DNA of 63,998 bases, filler included, from Porpidia crustulata (lineage: Eukaryota), in NCBI GenBank assembly GCA_964255105.1. It is 3 parts of 3 records of this genome, joined end to end, with 100 filler letters (N's around TTAATTAATTAA, not from the genome) between each part and the next. Parts side by side here need not be neighbours in the genome. Positions count along the whole stretch, not along the records: positions 23,793 to 47,077 come from CAXUWE010000074.1; 2 more parts are not named here. One strand, 5' to 3'. Made by a program: the position numbers and the translations under genes. Shown one piece after another: positions 23,793 to 35,638 of the stretch. The first letter of the stretch is position 1; the number at the start of each line of letters is the position of its first letter. A model generated the notes under the pieces. It was not told where the DNA came from, did no database searches, and worked only from the letters and a program-made list of their open reading frames with translations.

Positions 23793-25371
23793 CCTACAGT
23801 CAAATTTGATACTCTCCGTCTGTTTCTTGCCATCGTCGCCCGCGAGGATCTACACTGTCATCAGGTGGATGTTAAAAATGCTTTCACAGAATCCTTTCTC
23901 AAAGAGACTATCTATATGAAAGCACCCCCTGGTGTATACGTTGCTCCCGGCCGCTGCCTGAAAATCCTGCGCAGTCTATATGGTTTGAAGCAAGCTGCAA
24001 GAGATTGGCATGATCGTTGTGCCACTGAATTGTTCAAGCTTGACTTTACAAGGTGCCTGGCCGATCCGTGTATCCTGGTTCATCAAACGCGTGGAATCCT
24101 ACTTCCGTTATACGTCGACGATATCTGTGTTGCATCCCACTCCACGGAAAGCATCCTCTGGTTCAAAGAAGCGTTTGCTAAGGTGTTCAAAATCAAGGAC
24201 CTGGGGGAGATGAATAAGATCCTTGGTATTCAGATCACTCGTGACCGCAAAAGACGCATTCTACGCATGGACCAAACACGGTATCTTGACGATGTTTTGA
24301 ACAGACTCCATATGCGTGCCGATACACACAAACCGACTGAATTTCCAATGAACGGGTATGACTCTCTTCGACCTGCCGGGCCTGACGATACACGCATCGA
24401 CCAACGGGAATACCAGCATGCCATTGGTTCACTCATGTACGCGGCTATCCACACACGCCCTGATATCGCCTTCTCATTAGGACGTCTCAGCCAATACCTC
24501 AGTGATCCAGCCGAGCATCACGGGCACGCGTTGAAACATCTACTGCGTTATATTAGGTCTACTTTGAACCTTGGCATCGTGTATGGTTCCAGTGGGAGTT
24601 CCGATCTGACTGGATACTCTGACTCCGACTACGCGTCAGATAGGCTTGATAGGAAATCAATTCTTGGCTACGTGTACATGCTTGATGGAGGACCAGTTTC
24701 CTGGATCAGCAGGAAACAGAAATCAGTGTCCACGTCAACCACGGAGGCTGAATACATGGCCCTGTCTACGTGCGCCAAAGAAGGACTCTGGATCAGCAAC
24801 CTTCTACGCGAATTAGGGTACAGTCATTACCTTGGGTCTGACACTGATTGTGTGGAAATCAAAGAGGACAACAGCCATCAAGACACTTCTCCTGTACAGC
24901 TCAAAGGAGATAATCAGGCTGCGCTCGCTTTGGTTAAGAATGCCCATGTTCATGAACGATCAAAGCACATCGACGTTGCCTATCATCATGTACGTGATCT
25001 AGTCAGGACTAATCAGGTTCGCGTGGGTTTTATATCAAGCCAAGACATGATCGCAGACGGACTAACTAAGCCACTGCAAAAGGAAGGTTTCGAAAGGTTT
25101 ATCAAGCAATTGGGTCTCGGAACCAGTGGGAGTCAGCTGTAGTTGATACCGAGTGGGAGTGTTGAAGTACGGTACTGAGACAGCTGCCTAATAGTGACTA
25201 TGTCGCCCACGGGCGACATGGTTACTGCCTCGCCTAATAGGGTTTAGCTCCAGGGATTCGTGATATATAATATTACGAATCCATCCGTAGTTCTAGTCAA
25301 TCAATCCTTTCGCACAGAGTGATTCCGCCAGTGTTACCGTCATGACTGAGTAGCTAGGGCATATCTTAACA
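23793..25371 (+). mobile_element. Ty1/copia LTR retrotransposon, 3' portion (RT-RNaseH, PPT, 3' LTR)
   Basis: Open frame 23793-25142 with HQVDVKNAF, SLYGLKQAARDW, LYVDD, YSDSDYA, STTEAEY, GDNQAA, RSKHID and MIADGLTK. PPT GAGTGGGAG at 25151-25159 is followed by an LTR running TGTTGA (25160) to TTAACA (25371). Confidence 0.95.
25160..25371 (+). repeat. 3' LTR of the copia element (about 212 bp)
   Basis: TG...CA termini with a short TGTT/AACA inverted repeat directly after the PPT. It contains TATATAA near 25264 and an internal 16-bp palindrome at 25193-25226. Confidence 0.75.
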
Positions 25372-27045
25372 TTAATTAGAATAGCCAATCTGGCTGGAAC
25401 GTACCGTGATTAAGGACGATGGAAAAAAGCAGAGAAGCTCGAACAGCGGAAAAAAATATAATATGAAGGTTTATTATATTTATACTGCTAAATGTCCCTC
25501 CGTTGAGATCTCCAAATATGGCCCACGTAGGGAACTTTGGAAGGCTTCGATTCAAAATCCACTGAGTTGAAAGCCAAACATATTTTGGCCATGCTAGTAT
25601 ATACGAAGTCGAGCGCTGAGGAAACGGGACCTTTTAAGTGAGGACATCTCCCAATCAGATTTAACGTCCGCTTTCTGGCTTACCTGAGCCAATTATGCCT
25701 CCAAAATGGCAGATTTTCCCTCACGATATTTATACCCTACGGTCCCTCTCTACCTAGATATTGGCGCATGCAACTTCGTCTCTTTTCGCCCATGGACCCT
25801 TTCTACTATAGAGTTCTTCTACGTGGATCCTCTTCACTATATATATGAAAGCTCTCGTCGACAAAGGCTTTGGAAGTTGGGAGATTCGCTATCCATATTC
25901 TTTGAGGCAATGCATCTCTTCGTAGTCCTTTCGTATCAACCAGTGTCGGCTGGCTCACAGGTTGGTGTATCTACTTCAAGGTGATGGGTGATGGCGAGTA
26001 TGGTCTACGTGTGGATCATCTCTCTGATGTCATCCACCTCAGGAGGGACGATACTAGGATCCTAAAGTATGGCAGCCGCGACTAATCGAGATTGAACATT
26101 CAGCGGAGTTGTTGAAGATTAAGGGGAACCTGTCTATGATGGAGAGCAAATATTGGGACGCTATCTCAGAGTAAGCATGCCTTATCATGGAGGAAGCAAC
26201 GTCTAATCAATGACCGAAACAGGTATTTAGATGCACTTGGCCAACCAGCTACAGCGAACCTGATTGAGATCATCAAGCGCAGCAGATCGCTTGCCTTTCT
26301 TAACATCGAGTCGCCAACTCCAACCCCAATCCCACGGAGAAGGCACTGTTCCGCGCCGCCGAAACCCTCTACAGCCTCGGACAATTTAGCGAATGTTGCC
26401 AAGTGCTTGAACTGCTTCGCACCAACTTTCCACACAACAGCCACGCCTCAGTGGTTCTTCACCTTGCTCAAAGTCGATCCCTAGAGCAGAAGACTGGAGT
26501 GTGCAACTTTGAGTAGCTCTAGGCAAAGACTAAGAAACTTCGACCGCCACACTTAGATCACGCTACTTACTTTGGGCCCGTTTCCACCGGCCCCAGGTCT
26601 CGCGGAGCATCAACAAGGGATTTGGGGCCCTACAAGGATTCCTGATAGCGGCGCTAAAGTCCCACCGGCAGACAGCCAACACTGATGTGTTTGACATGAT
26701 TACTGCAATGCGAGCCTTTGGGCTCGACGTTGCCTTGGATTCTTTCAACACAAGGAGGACTGGGTGGAGTAGTTTAATTCGCGCGTTTATGAGGCTACTG
26801 AGTATGTATGCAACCGGCCGAGCAAGTGGGAAGAAGTTGATCGACGGGTTGAGAGTTGGATATATCGACTATTGGGTCCATCCAGGGAGGTTGGAAGGTA
26901 GAACTGTTAGGTTGCGTCCCGGCAACCATCCAGTTTCCACAATGAGCAACTCACTGAAGAGTGAGAAATTCCGTACATGCAGAGAATATAGAGATCGAAA
27001 TTGCACCATACATTCATTTTCGCTCTATCAGTTCCAAGTTGTTAC

Positions 27046-28562
27046 TCAGCGCTTCAGGTATACTTCGATCAAGCCCATGAGGCCGTCGAAACGGCAGCTA
27101 CGAACTTCATATCTCTCGTCGGCCTGCTTGAGAAGAGCCTCGAACTCCACCTCAGTGCGCAGCTTGCCGCCAAAGCTTACCAGCATGATCTGGTCAATTT
27201 GGCGGAGGCCACGCTCCAAGTCGCGCGTCATTGTGCCCTGTACTGGCATAACGAGATCGTTAATCAGGAGTGGTGTGGTTGGCTTGGAGTTTTCGAGTCC
27301 CTTCACGATACCACAGAACATGGTAACAACGTCGGCATCACACCAATTGAGTGCGCATGCGCGCATGATGAAGGCAGCAGCGTCGCCAATCGGATTTGGC
27401 TCAAAAAAGCTGTGTTGCATGAAGGAAACTCGGTCGCGGATATCGTCTGTGAGCAGCGACTGGCCTTCTGCTCGCATCTCGGCTGAGTCTTGCACGATGA
27501 ATTTGAGATGGGAAAAGTGCTGCGTTACCAATCAGTACAAGTTGACATGACCCTCAAGAAGTGCATAATCAAGGGCATGGGAGTGTTGCTTAGTTACCTG
27601 GGCCAAAGTTATGGAGACCTTCCCACTGCCACCGCCAACATCCACTACAGTGCCGTTAAGGTCTCCCCATGGGAAGGAATCTTTGAGTGCATTGTAATTC
27701 AGATTCACTGTCGATCTGTTAGCCTTGGACAGGGATCACCGCACCGAAACTCTGGAACCACGGAGGATTCATTGGAAAGTAGATGGCTTACGTTTGGACC
27801 ATCCGGCCATGGCCTTGGCGAAACGGATCGCTCGTTTGGGGTCCTTCTCGTAAAACTGGAAGATTGGAAGACCGTGCCGCGTCGTAAATGCTGTGACAGC
27901 GCTATCGTACTTATCTGGCGACGCCTTGGCATTATCGGCCGTGGACGAAGCAGCTTGAAGCATCTCATCGACTCTGTACAGTCACGGGATTAGCAAATGA
28001 TGTACAGCAGCCACTCTACGTTTGTGACGTACGTGTAATGGACCGTCGACCGGACTTCATCGTCTATGTGCAGCAAGTACGAGCTTGGATTATGTGCAAC
28101 ATATCCAGGTGTAGGCTCTCGGAAAATGAATTCCGTCGCTAGGAGACGAACAATACGGCTGGTTCTGTCAAGGTCCAACCCCGACTTTTTTGACAGCTCC
28201 TCCAGCGAGATTTGCCCCTCCGCCGGAACAATGGTGAAAAAGTTGAAGTCGAGAGCCACCTGAACAGCTGCGAGTTCGTAACCTTGGCAGCAAAGCTCGC
28301 GGAAGTGTCGCTTAGGACCCTCGACCAGATACTGGAGATTTTCCAGCGTTTGCTTCAGCTGACTGTGGAGCTGAGTGTACTCAACCGTCTCGGGACGGCT
28401 AATCGAGTCATTCGAAAATGTAGGCTGGGCATAATTGTTGGCCTGCAGATACTCTGTGATTGCCTTTGTCTGCTTGGCAACGTCCTCGGTAAAGCTGAGT
28501 AAATTCACCTCCTTAGACTTGGAGTGCGTTCCGTGGTGCGTTCCGTTGGTTGTCCCAGTCAT
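27046..28562 (-). CDS. SAM-dependent O-methyltransferase-fold protein (class II fungal secondary-metabolite OMT, Sol2-like); 4 exons
   Basis: N-terminal dimerisation region with winged helix (ISLEELSKKSGLDLDRTSRIVRLL), RFAKAMAGW, SAM motif VVDVGGGSG, FIVQD, FMQHSFFEPNP and GGKLRT. The catalytic-His position reads ALNW. Confidence 0.9.
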
Positions 28563-29333
28563 GATTGATGAATTGGAAATATTGCTGATATTTTGTTAAG
28601 CCTATCCTTCTTGCAACGACTCGCCATAATGTCAATTTATAAAGCGCCTCGTCCTGTGCAATTGTATTTCAGGAATCTCAGCCCACCAACGACGCGAACC
28701 GTTCTACCGGCGCCGACGGATACGGCCGAGCTTAATAGCCTTATGACTTTGCCAGGGGGGGGTGGGATTACCAATAGGGCGATTTTTAAGCAGCCGTTGC
28801 TAAGCTTACTGAAAACTGGGATATGCTAGGACCAGAAATTCGGCCGATATTCTCGGGCATGAGTTCGATGATCGACATACTTAGTAATCGGCCAGGGATT
28901 TGTAAGGTATCAACACGTGACTGTGACAAACACACATGTCCCAAAAATAATGGGCCACCCCCCCCAGCTCTGGATGACTAAGTAAAATCTGAAAACTTCA
29001 TCAACATGTATTATATCTTCAAAGCGATACGACTTCTGTAAATACTGATGACATGACTCAATTAAATCTCTGATCAATCACATACCTAGTACAGTCTGTC
29101 AGTACGTACTTGATTAATCATAGAATTCAGGTCATATGGTTATTCTGTCGCACTGCTGTAAGTAAATCTCTAGATTTTCGGATTTCGCTTCGTCATCTAG
29201 AGCTTAGGAATTCTGAGATCCTCCCACTTATTAAAGCTCTGCGTCTTCCATCCCTCTTCCCCTGCTGTCCTTCCCAATCCATAGCTTTAACCAGTTCGAC
29301 CACTGGATTGAAGCATCTGGTAAAATCGAAGGC

Positions 29334-31070
29334 ATGTCGAATCTTTTCCGCGACGCTCCCCTTGGGCAGATCATTCGCTTCGTCACTCGGGACCGCTACC
29401 CAAAATATCCAGAAGAAGAACCAGACTTTAAACTCCCAAAGTCCTACGTCAAAGCAATTCAAGCTGCACAAGAAGGTTCAAAGTCGGTGCGAGATGAATC
29501 GCAATACCCTGTCCCCTCCAACGACCGCAAAGATTCGGTCTCGAATAAACTCGCGGACGACACTTCTGCCAGGAGCGACGCCAGTAGCGATCCAGCTGTG
29601 CAAGAGAAGACAATAGGGGAGGACGATGTTGCAAAAGATCCGACGATGCCAAAACGTCTGGACGATGGTACCATTCTCGTGGACTGGTATGGACCTACAG
29701 ATCTTGCCAATCCACATAATTGGACGTCTGGGGAGAAGATAGCAGTCGTAACAATCATCGTCCTCTACACCTTGACCGTCTATTTGGGCTCCTCAATCAT
29801 CACCCCCAGTTACTTTGGCATTATGGAGCAATTCGACGTCTCCCTCCAGACTGTTTCCTTGACACTGTCAATGTACGTTCTTGCGTACGGTCTTGGTCCT
29901 ATGCTGTGGTCCCCCCTTTCCGAAGTTCCTTCGATCGGAAGAAATCCGCCGTATATCATTACTTTCACCATCTACTGCATTCTCATCGTGCCTACTGCAC
30001 TTGCCGACAACTTTGCCGGCTTAGTTGTACTACGATTTCTCCTGGGTTTCTTTGGAAGCCCGGCGCTGGCCTCAGGTGCAGCCTCCATGGGAGATTTCTT
30101 GTCGTTTGCGAAACTCCCTTATGGCTTGTCACTCTGGGCCCTCGCCGCAACAAGCGGTCCCGCTATTGCCCCTGCGATCTCTGGCTTCAGCGTCCCCGCT
30201 ATGAACTGGCGCTGGGCCTCCTGGGAGATGCTCTGGCTCTCCGGGCCAATCTGGATAGCAATGTTCCTCGTCCTCCCCGAAACCTCGACGCCTACTATTC
30301 TCCTCCGCCGCGCCCAGCGCCTGCGCGCTCTTACTGGCAACAACTCCCTCAAGAGCCAGTCGGAGATCGACCAGTCGCACATGCAACTCCGCGAGGTGGT
30401 CATTGAATCGCTTTGGCGCCCAGGCCAGCTTATGGTTCTTGATCCCTCTATCGCTTTCACTGCGGTATATAGCGCCCTTATCTATGGCATCTTCTATTCC
30501 TTCTTTGAATGCTTCCCGCTTGTCTTCGGTGGCATGCATGGCTTCAACCTCGGCGAGCAAGGCCTTGTTTTTCTGTCGATCAATGTCGGCGTGTTCATCG
30601 CCATCGCCATCTACTGGAGCCACAATCACTGGGTCATTGAACCAGAGCTGGCAGTAGGCCATTTTGGCCCACCGGAGCGTCGTCTCGTCACTGCTCTCCC
30701 ATCCTCCATCTTGCTTCCTGTTGGCCTATTCATCTTCGCTTGGACCGCATCGCCAGACATCCACTGGATCGCGCCTACAATCGGCATCGTCGTCCTTATG
30801 ACTGGTCTCTTCATCGTCCTACAGTGTATCTTCCTCTATCTACCCCTCTCGTATCCCCAGTACTCCGCCTCCTTGTTCGCAGGTAACGACATCGCGCGCT
30901 CAGCACTGGCTACTGCTGCGATCCACTTCTCGCAACCGCTGTTCCATAACTTGGGTATTGACAAGGGTGTCACGCTACTGGCGTGTCTGACGGTGGCGTG
31001 TATTGCGGGAGTGTTCATTTTATGGAAGTATGGAGACAAGTTGCGTGCTAGGTCGCGATTTGCGCTGTAA
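29334..31070 (+). CDS. MFS drug:H+ antiporter (DHA1 family), putative cluster exporter
   Basis: 578 aa, intronless, with 12 hydrophobic segments and motifs VDWYGPTDLANPHNW, WSPLSEVPSIGRNPPY, RFLLGFFGSP, WRW, LPETS, PERRL and YSASLFAGND..RS. Confidence 0.95.
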   Translation: MSNLFRDAPLGQIIRFVTRDRYPKYPEEEPDFKLPKSYVKAIQAAQEGSKSVRDESQYPVPSNDRKDSVSNKLADDTSARSDASSDPAVQEKTIGEDDVAKDPTMPKRLDDGTILVDWYGPTDLANPHNWTSGEKIAVVTIIVLYTLTVYLGSSIITPSYFGIMEQFDVSLQTVSLTLSMYVLAYGLGPMLWSPLSEVPSIGRNPPYIITFTIYCILIVPTALADNFAGLVVLRFLLGFFGSPALASGAASMGDFLSFAKLPYGLSLWALAATSGPAIAPAISGFSVPAMNWRWASWEMLWLSGPIWIAMFLVLPETSTPTILLRRAQRLRALTGNNSLKSQSEIDQSHMQLREVVIESLWRPGQLMVLDPSIAFTAVYSALIYGIFYSFFECFPLVFGGMHGFNLGEQGLVFLSINVGVFIAIAIYWSHNHWVIEPELAVGHFGPPERRLVTALPSSILLPVGLFIFAWTASPDIHWIAPTIGIVVLMTGLFIVLQCIFLYLPLSYPQYSASLFAGNDIARSALATAAIHFSQPLFHNLGIDKGVTLLACLTVACIAGVFILWKYGDKLRARSRFAL

Positions 31071-31907
31071 TGAGTGGTCTCGGACGACTGCGGTTTGTCA
31101 TGCACTGCTGCTGTCTACTCTCGTGTAGGCACCAATAGCCAAAACAGAACCATGTACGGAAGGCCAGAATTAGAATGCTGTGACTATCATCACGTTCTGC
31201 GAACTCAACAAGCATTATGAGATCAGTTCAGGAACTCACAGTGTCTGTAATGTTCACGGCAGCCTACCCACTCCCCAAAAATGAGACATAGCAATAGAAT
31301 TTCTAGCCAGTTTTGAAAAAATCTGGGCAACGCATACCCGCTAACTCAAGTGAAGACGGGTGCGGCCGCATTTACGTGCGTAAAGGGACAATCTCCCCGT
31401 GCAAACTGGCGATCCTCTCGCCCAAGAATCTTGGTGCGTGCGCATCACGGCTTATAGTCAATTATCTCCTAGCACAGGGGTATACCATGCAGGGCAACTC
31501 TGCAGGGCAACTTGGAAAGTATTAGCTACTCGTGTTGGATTTTGTCATTCTTTTGGAAGCACATGACGTATAGTTTAATTGTGTGGAAGTTTTAGTCGTG
31601 AAATATCTGAGAACTGGGGGGTATACTCTGAAAACGGGTGCTAAGATATTACACTTTTCAGGCAGATGAAGATCCATAACGAAGAAAAGAAATATTAGTC
31701 TTAACATAAAATCTATAAGTCTAGGTTGTCTAAACTTTCCATAGAGGTGTTATCGTGGCTGTAATCAAAGGTCCAAAGACACCAGCCCCCTACCCAGATA
31801 TCGAAGAGCGTAGCGAAGCGTGATATAAAGCAATTGAAATCACATGTATATCATTAAATCGCCATCCCAAAACATTACGCCAACTCCGGATGCGTAAATG
31901 ATAACAT

Positions 31908-34129
31908 CTACCCGGTAAACGTCTCCGCCGAACACACTGTCAAAAATTCCTCCAGCGCAGTCGCATCATAGCTCTCCAGCGTCGGCCACGTCTGCGGCAC
32001 CACCTCCCCCGTCGGCACCTGTGCCATCAGCCGCATGAGCGTGCTCGCGCCCACCTTGGCCATGTTGCTCACTTCCGCCAGCATCTCCAGCAGCACGAGC
32101 GCCTCTTGGACGGCTTGCTTGCACTTCTCGCGCGTCAAATGTGCGCGCTCGGCACCCAAGGGATCGGAGTCAAGGGGGCGCATGGGGGCTTCTTTGCCGC
32201 CCAGGGGGCAGAGGCCGGGGAAGCTGGCGTCTATGGTGAGGCTAACGAGGATAACAGCGGCTTCGAAGGTAGGCAGGATGATGGTGGGGAGACGGGTGTG
32301 GGCGCGGCCGAGCATGGCGTGGAGTTTCGAGACACCATGGAGGAGTTTCAGGGCAGCGGCGGCAAGGGTGCATTTCTGGAGGGCGAGGAGGAGTTGTTTG
32401 TAGGCGGGGAGACAGCGTAGTTGGAGGGGGTCGCAGAAGAGCACGGGACGGAAGTTGTAGCAGAGCGAGTCGAAGATGGCGACGTGCAGCATCTGGCGCT
32501 GGAGAGGGAGGCGGGGGAGGCGTTCGTCCCATTCTTCGCTGGGTTCGAGGGCGAAGGCCGGGGTGAGGTGTTGCAGGTAGTCGCTGCAGAAACTTTGGTA
32601 TCTTTCTTCGGCTGTGTGGGGTTCGTGATCGGCGACTTGTCGTGGGGGGAAGCTTCTCCAGAATTTCTGTAGGCGGGTTTGGACGACGCGTTCCGAATAG
32701 TCCTCGGGAGCATCCGGATCGTCCGTTTTGGAGGCAAGTATTAGCGGCAGATGATCTGAAGTTAGGTTGAAGGTGAAGAACGGGGGACAGTCCAGATGTC
32801 GTGAAAGGACACTGTGGTATGATGTTAGAGGTGATTCCCATCACAGCAACCTCGTATGGCCTATCTACCTGTCCCAGATATAGAGATTGCATAGGACTCT
32901 GCATCGTATTTCCTTATCAAACTCGTGCATACCATAAGTCCATGCTGTCCGCCCTCGATGAAGCCCAATCCGTTGAGCTACCCGCACGGCATTACTGAGA
33001 GCTTCCCAAAAATCTCTAATCCGTCCCTCACAGCCTCGTTGCAATCCTAAAATCAATAAATGCTGCACACGAATGAGTGCTCCTGTCGGATTAAGTCGTT
33101 TGCAGATGGCGGCTAGTTTCTCAGCGATGTCATGGCATGCATCGCGGACGTTAATCAAGGGCATGCCACGGATACGATCGATGGTGTATGATGGAGAGGG
33201 AAGGAATTGCGAAGCGTAGGCACATATTCTCAGAAAGAGCACAGCGAATTCGACATCAAAGACCAATCGTGGCCGTCCTGAACTCCACCATTTCTGGTAC
33301 TGTTCTAAAAACCAAGGGGCATAGACCACCTGCTCCATCCTGCGTTGTGTCAGTAACAGCTATACCAGTGATGGAATTCGACTTACCAGTGGACTTCCGT
33401 CACATAGTATTGTACTAGATAATCGAAGATCTCGCGATCTGGCAGTCTTCTGATTATCTTTTCGATATGACCGAAAGATTCGAAAGGAATTTCCTGGTTT
33501 CCGCTTTGACTATCGTCCTCACTAAGACCTAACTGCATGTGCACGGCGGTCAGAATGGAGCAGCAGTATAAGGAAGCTTCTCATCTCCTGACGAGAAGGG
33601 AAAACGACACTCACTCACCTTGCGAACCAGGGCCAATGTGTTGGTCCCGCTGTACTCGACATGTCCAAACAATTCTGCGAGGAAATACATCCCTTGACCA
33701 TGCCTTGAGTTGCTCCTGGTACTCCAGTCGGACGACGTGCCAGTGCCAGCGGGCTCATAGTTGCCGCTTGCACTTTGAGATCTGGTCTCATCATCTGTCG
33801 ATATGTCTTCTTCGTGTGAGCGGTTCTCCGTATGGGGAGCAGCCTGTGATGCTGGAGAAGGATCGTAGGTACATTCCTCGGGGCGCCGGCGCCGAGTACA
33901 GTGATCGCAAGGATAGCGACGGTCACACTGCACACAGCGAAATAAAACGACATTAGCCAGGATACAATTGAGCCTGGTATAGATGCTTTGTAGGAGTGTC
34001 TTGAGGATTCCCATCTGACATCAGCAGGATTGGAGACATACGTACTTTTTGCTTCTTGGTATAGCAAGGGATGCATGACGATACTATGCGTTTCCGGCCG
34101 CTACCTGCAGCTGTTCCGTTCTGTATCAT
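31908..34129 (-). CDS. Zn(II)2Cys6 transcription factor with fungal-specific middle domain (Sol4-like); multi-exon
   Basis: RKRIVSSCIPCYTKKQK|CDRRYPCDHCTRRRRPEECTY binuclear cluster split by an intron. The middle homology region includes WEALSNAVRVAQRIGLH..EIRCRVLCNLYIWD. The last exon is continuous to the stop at 31908. Confidence 0.88.
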
Positions 34130-35638
34130 ATTGTAGATATATAGTTGCAGGGAGAAGATATGAAACGCTATTAGACGTCGGCGCATGGGCCTTATATGTG
34201 GTCGCCTAACTTGGCGCGCGTCGGAGAACCCGCGTGTTTCCGCCCACCAAGACCAGGCTAGGCTCAAAGCAGCATACCGCCAAGATGTGAGCTCTGATTG
34301 ACCTTCACCCCCCTATTCAGGCCCTCAGATTGAACGTAAAGGGGTCAAGCCGGGGGCAGATTAACTTGAGAATTCTTCAGATAGATTTTACCTCTTTGAA
34401 GTTAACTCAGTTCTGTGATAAGTAATGATACAGATCCGCCTTTAGTGGCGAGGAAAACGAGCGAACCGAAGGCACGATTACATATTCAGCTTTTTAGAAC
34501 AAGAGAGTTACTAATGTGAATGTGCAGATGCCTTAACTACCGGAAGTGAGGCAAGGGTGACTTAGTGTGACTAGTGCGGCACATGACAATCAATATCAAC
34601 TTGCTGTCAAGGGGAAGGAGGTTTCACTAGCTACTGTATGCGGAGGTAAGTATTACACGCATTCACCAGAATTGATAGTACCCAAGTCACTGACGACCCT
34701 GCCCTGCCCTTCCTTGCAGCTCCGGCTTCGCGATCACCATAGGACTTCGCTCGGGAATAAATGCGTGGACAGATCAGGTGTAGCAAGTGTGGTGGAAGCG
34801 GATACCGGCTTTGTTGATTTTTCGAGCTCGTCATGGTTGGTCAATCTGTTCACCGTTGAAGTAAGCTCGATTTCGCGTGCTAGATTTACTCTTACACATG
34901 CTTGAACTCAATTGCGATCGCCAGGAGGCCTCCGATCTCAACACATCCGCTCGCTTTCGCATTCATCGGCGGCTTGGAGTGACGCGTACGGCCTCCCATA
35001 TATCAATGTCCAAGATCTTATTCGTAGACCAAGTTATCCATCTCGTGTTGCAGAAACAAATGGAAACCAAGACGACGTGAGATATTTGGCGATGCAGCAC
35101 TGCCTCCCAAGGATTAGGCTGACATGCATACGCTTATCTTCTATCGTCTGCTATTTGATTGGCTACTATGTAGTACGTCGGGTACGCGAATCTTAAGACT
35201 ACAGACTCAGTGTGCCCTAGGATGTAGAATAGAAGAGACATTCGGGGAGTGTATTGAAACGGGTTTGTTGCTGGAGCAACTATTGTTCTAATGCTTCTTA
35301 AAATGTATGTAGAAATAATGCATGTTACATACTGAGGGACTGGAGCAAATGCTATCCAGGGAGAAAACATAGCAGTCTCTCATAGAAATCGAGCTTTTTC
35401 TTTTCACTGTTTAAGCGAATACAATCGGGGCAAAGATCAAGTTTCGATAATAGGGCTTCCCGAAGTCATCTTCGATCGGCAACTCCTTTTGTCATCATTG
35501 TTCCAGTTTTACTATTTATCTTAAATTTCCGTCCAACGCCTTATATGTACTGCAGAACTCGTCTGCCCAGCAAACATAATATCCTCCTGCTGTGTAGTCC
35601 ACACAATTGATCGATGAGATTTGCCTCCTCTGATTCCC

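Noticed and set aside
25400..27000. Short ORFs between the LTR and OMT as extra cluster genes or a TPR-like relic
   Set aside because: No coherent splice model or recognisable domain; at most a decayed fragment.
26687..28502. Long plus-strand ORFs antisense to the OMT, and similar antisense ORFs over the MFS, TF, P450, PKS, SGM1 and CCH1 genes
   Set aside because: These are shadow frames of GC-rich coding sequence with no independent motifs.
34900..35020. Minus-strand peptide IWEAVRVT...GGLL faintly resembling patatin WEAARATSAAP/DGGL motifs between the TF and P450
   Set aside because: It is very short, interrupted by a stop and a frame change, and could be chance; a tBLASTn hit would be needed.
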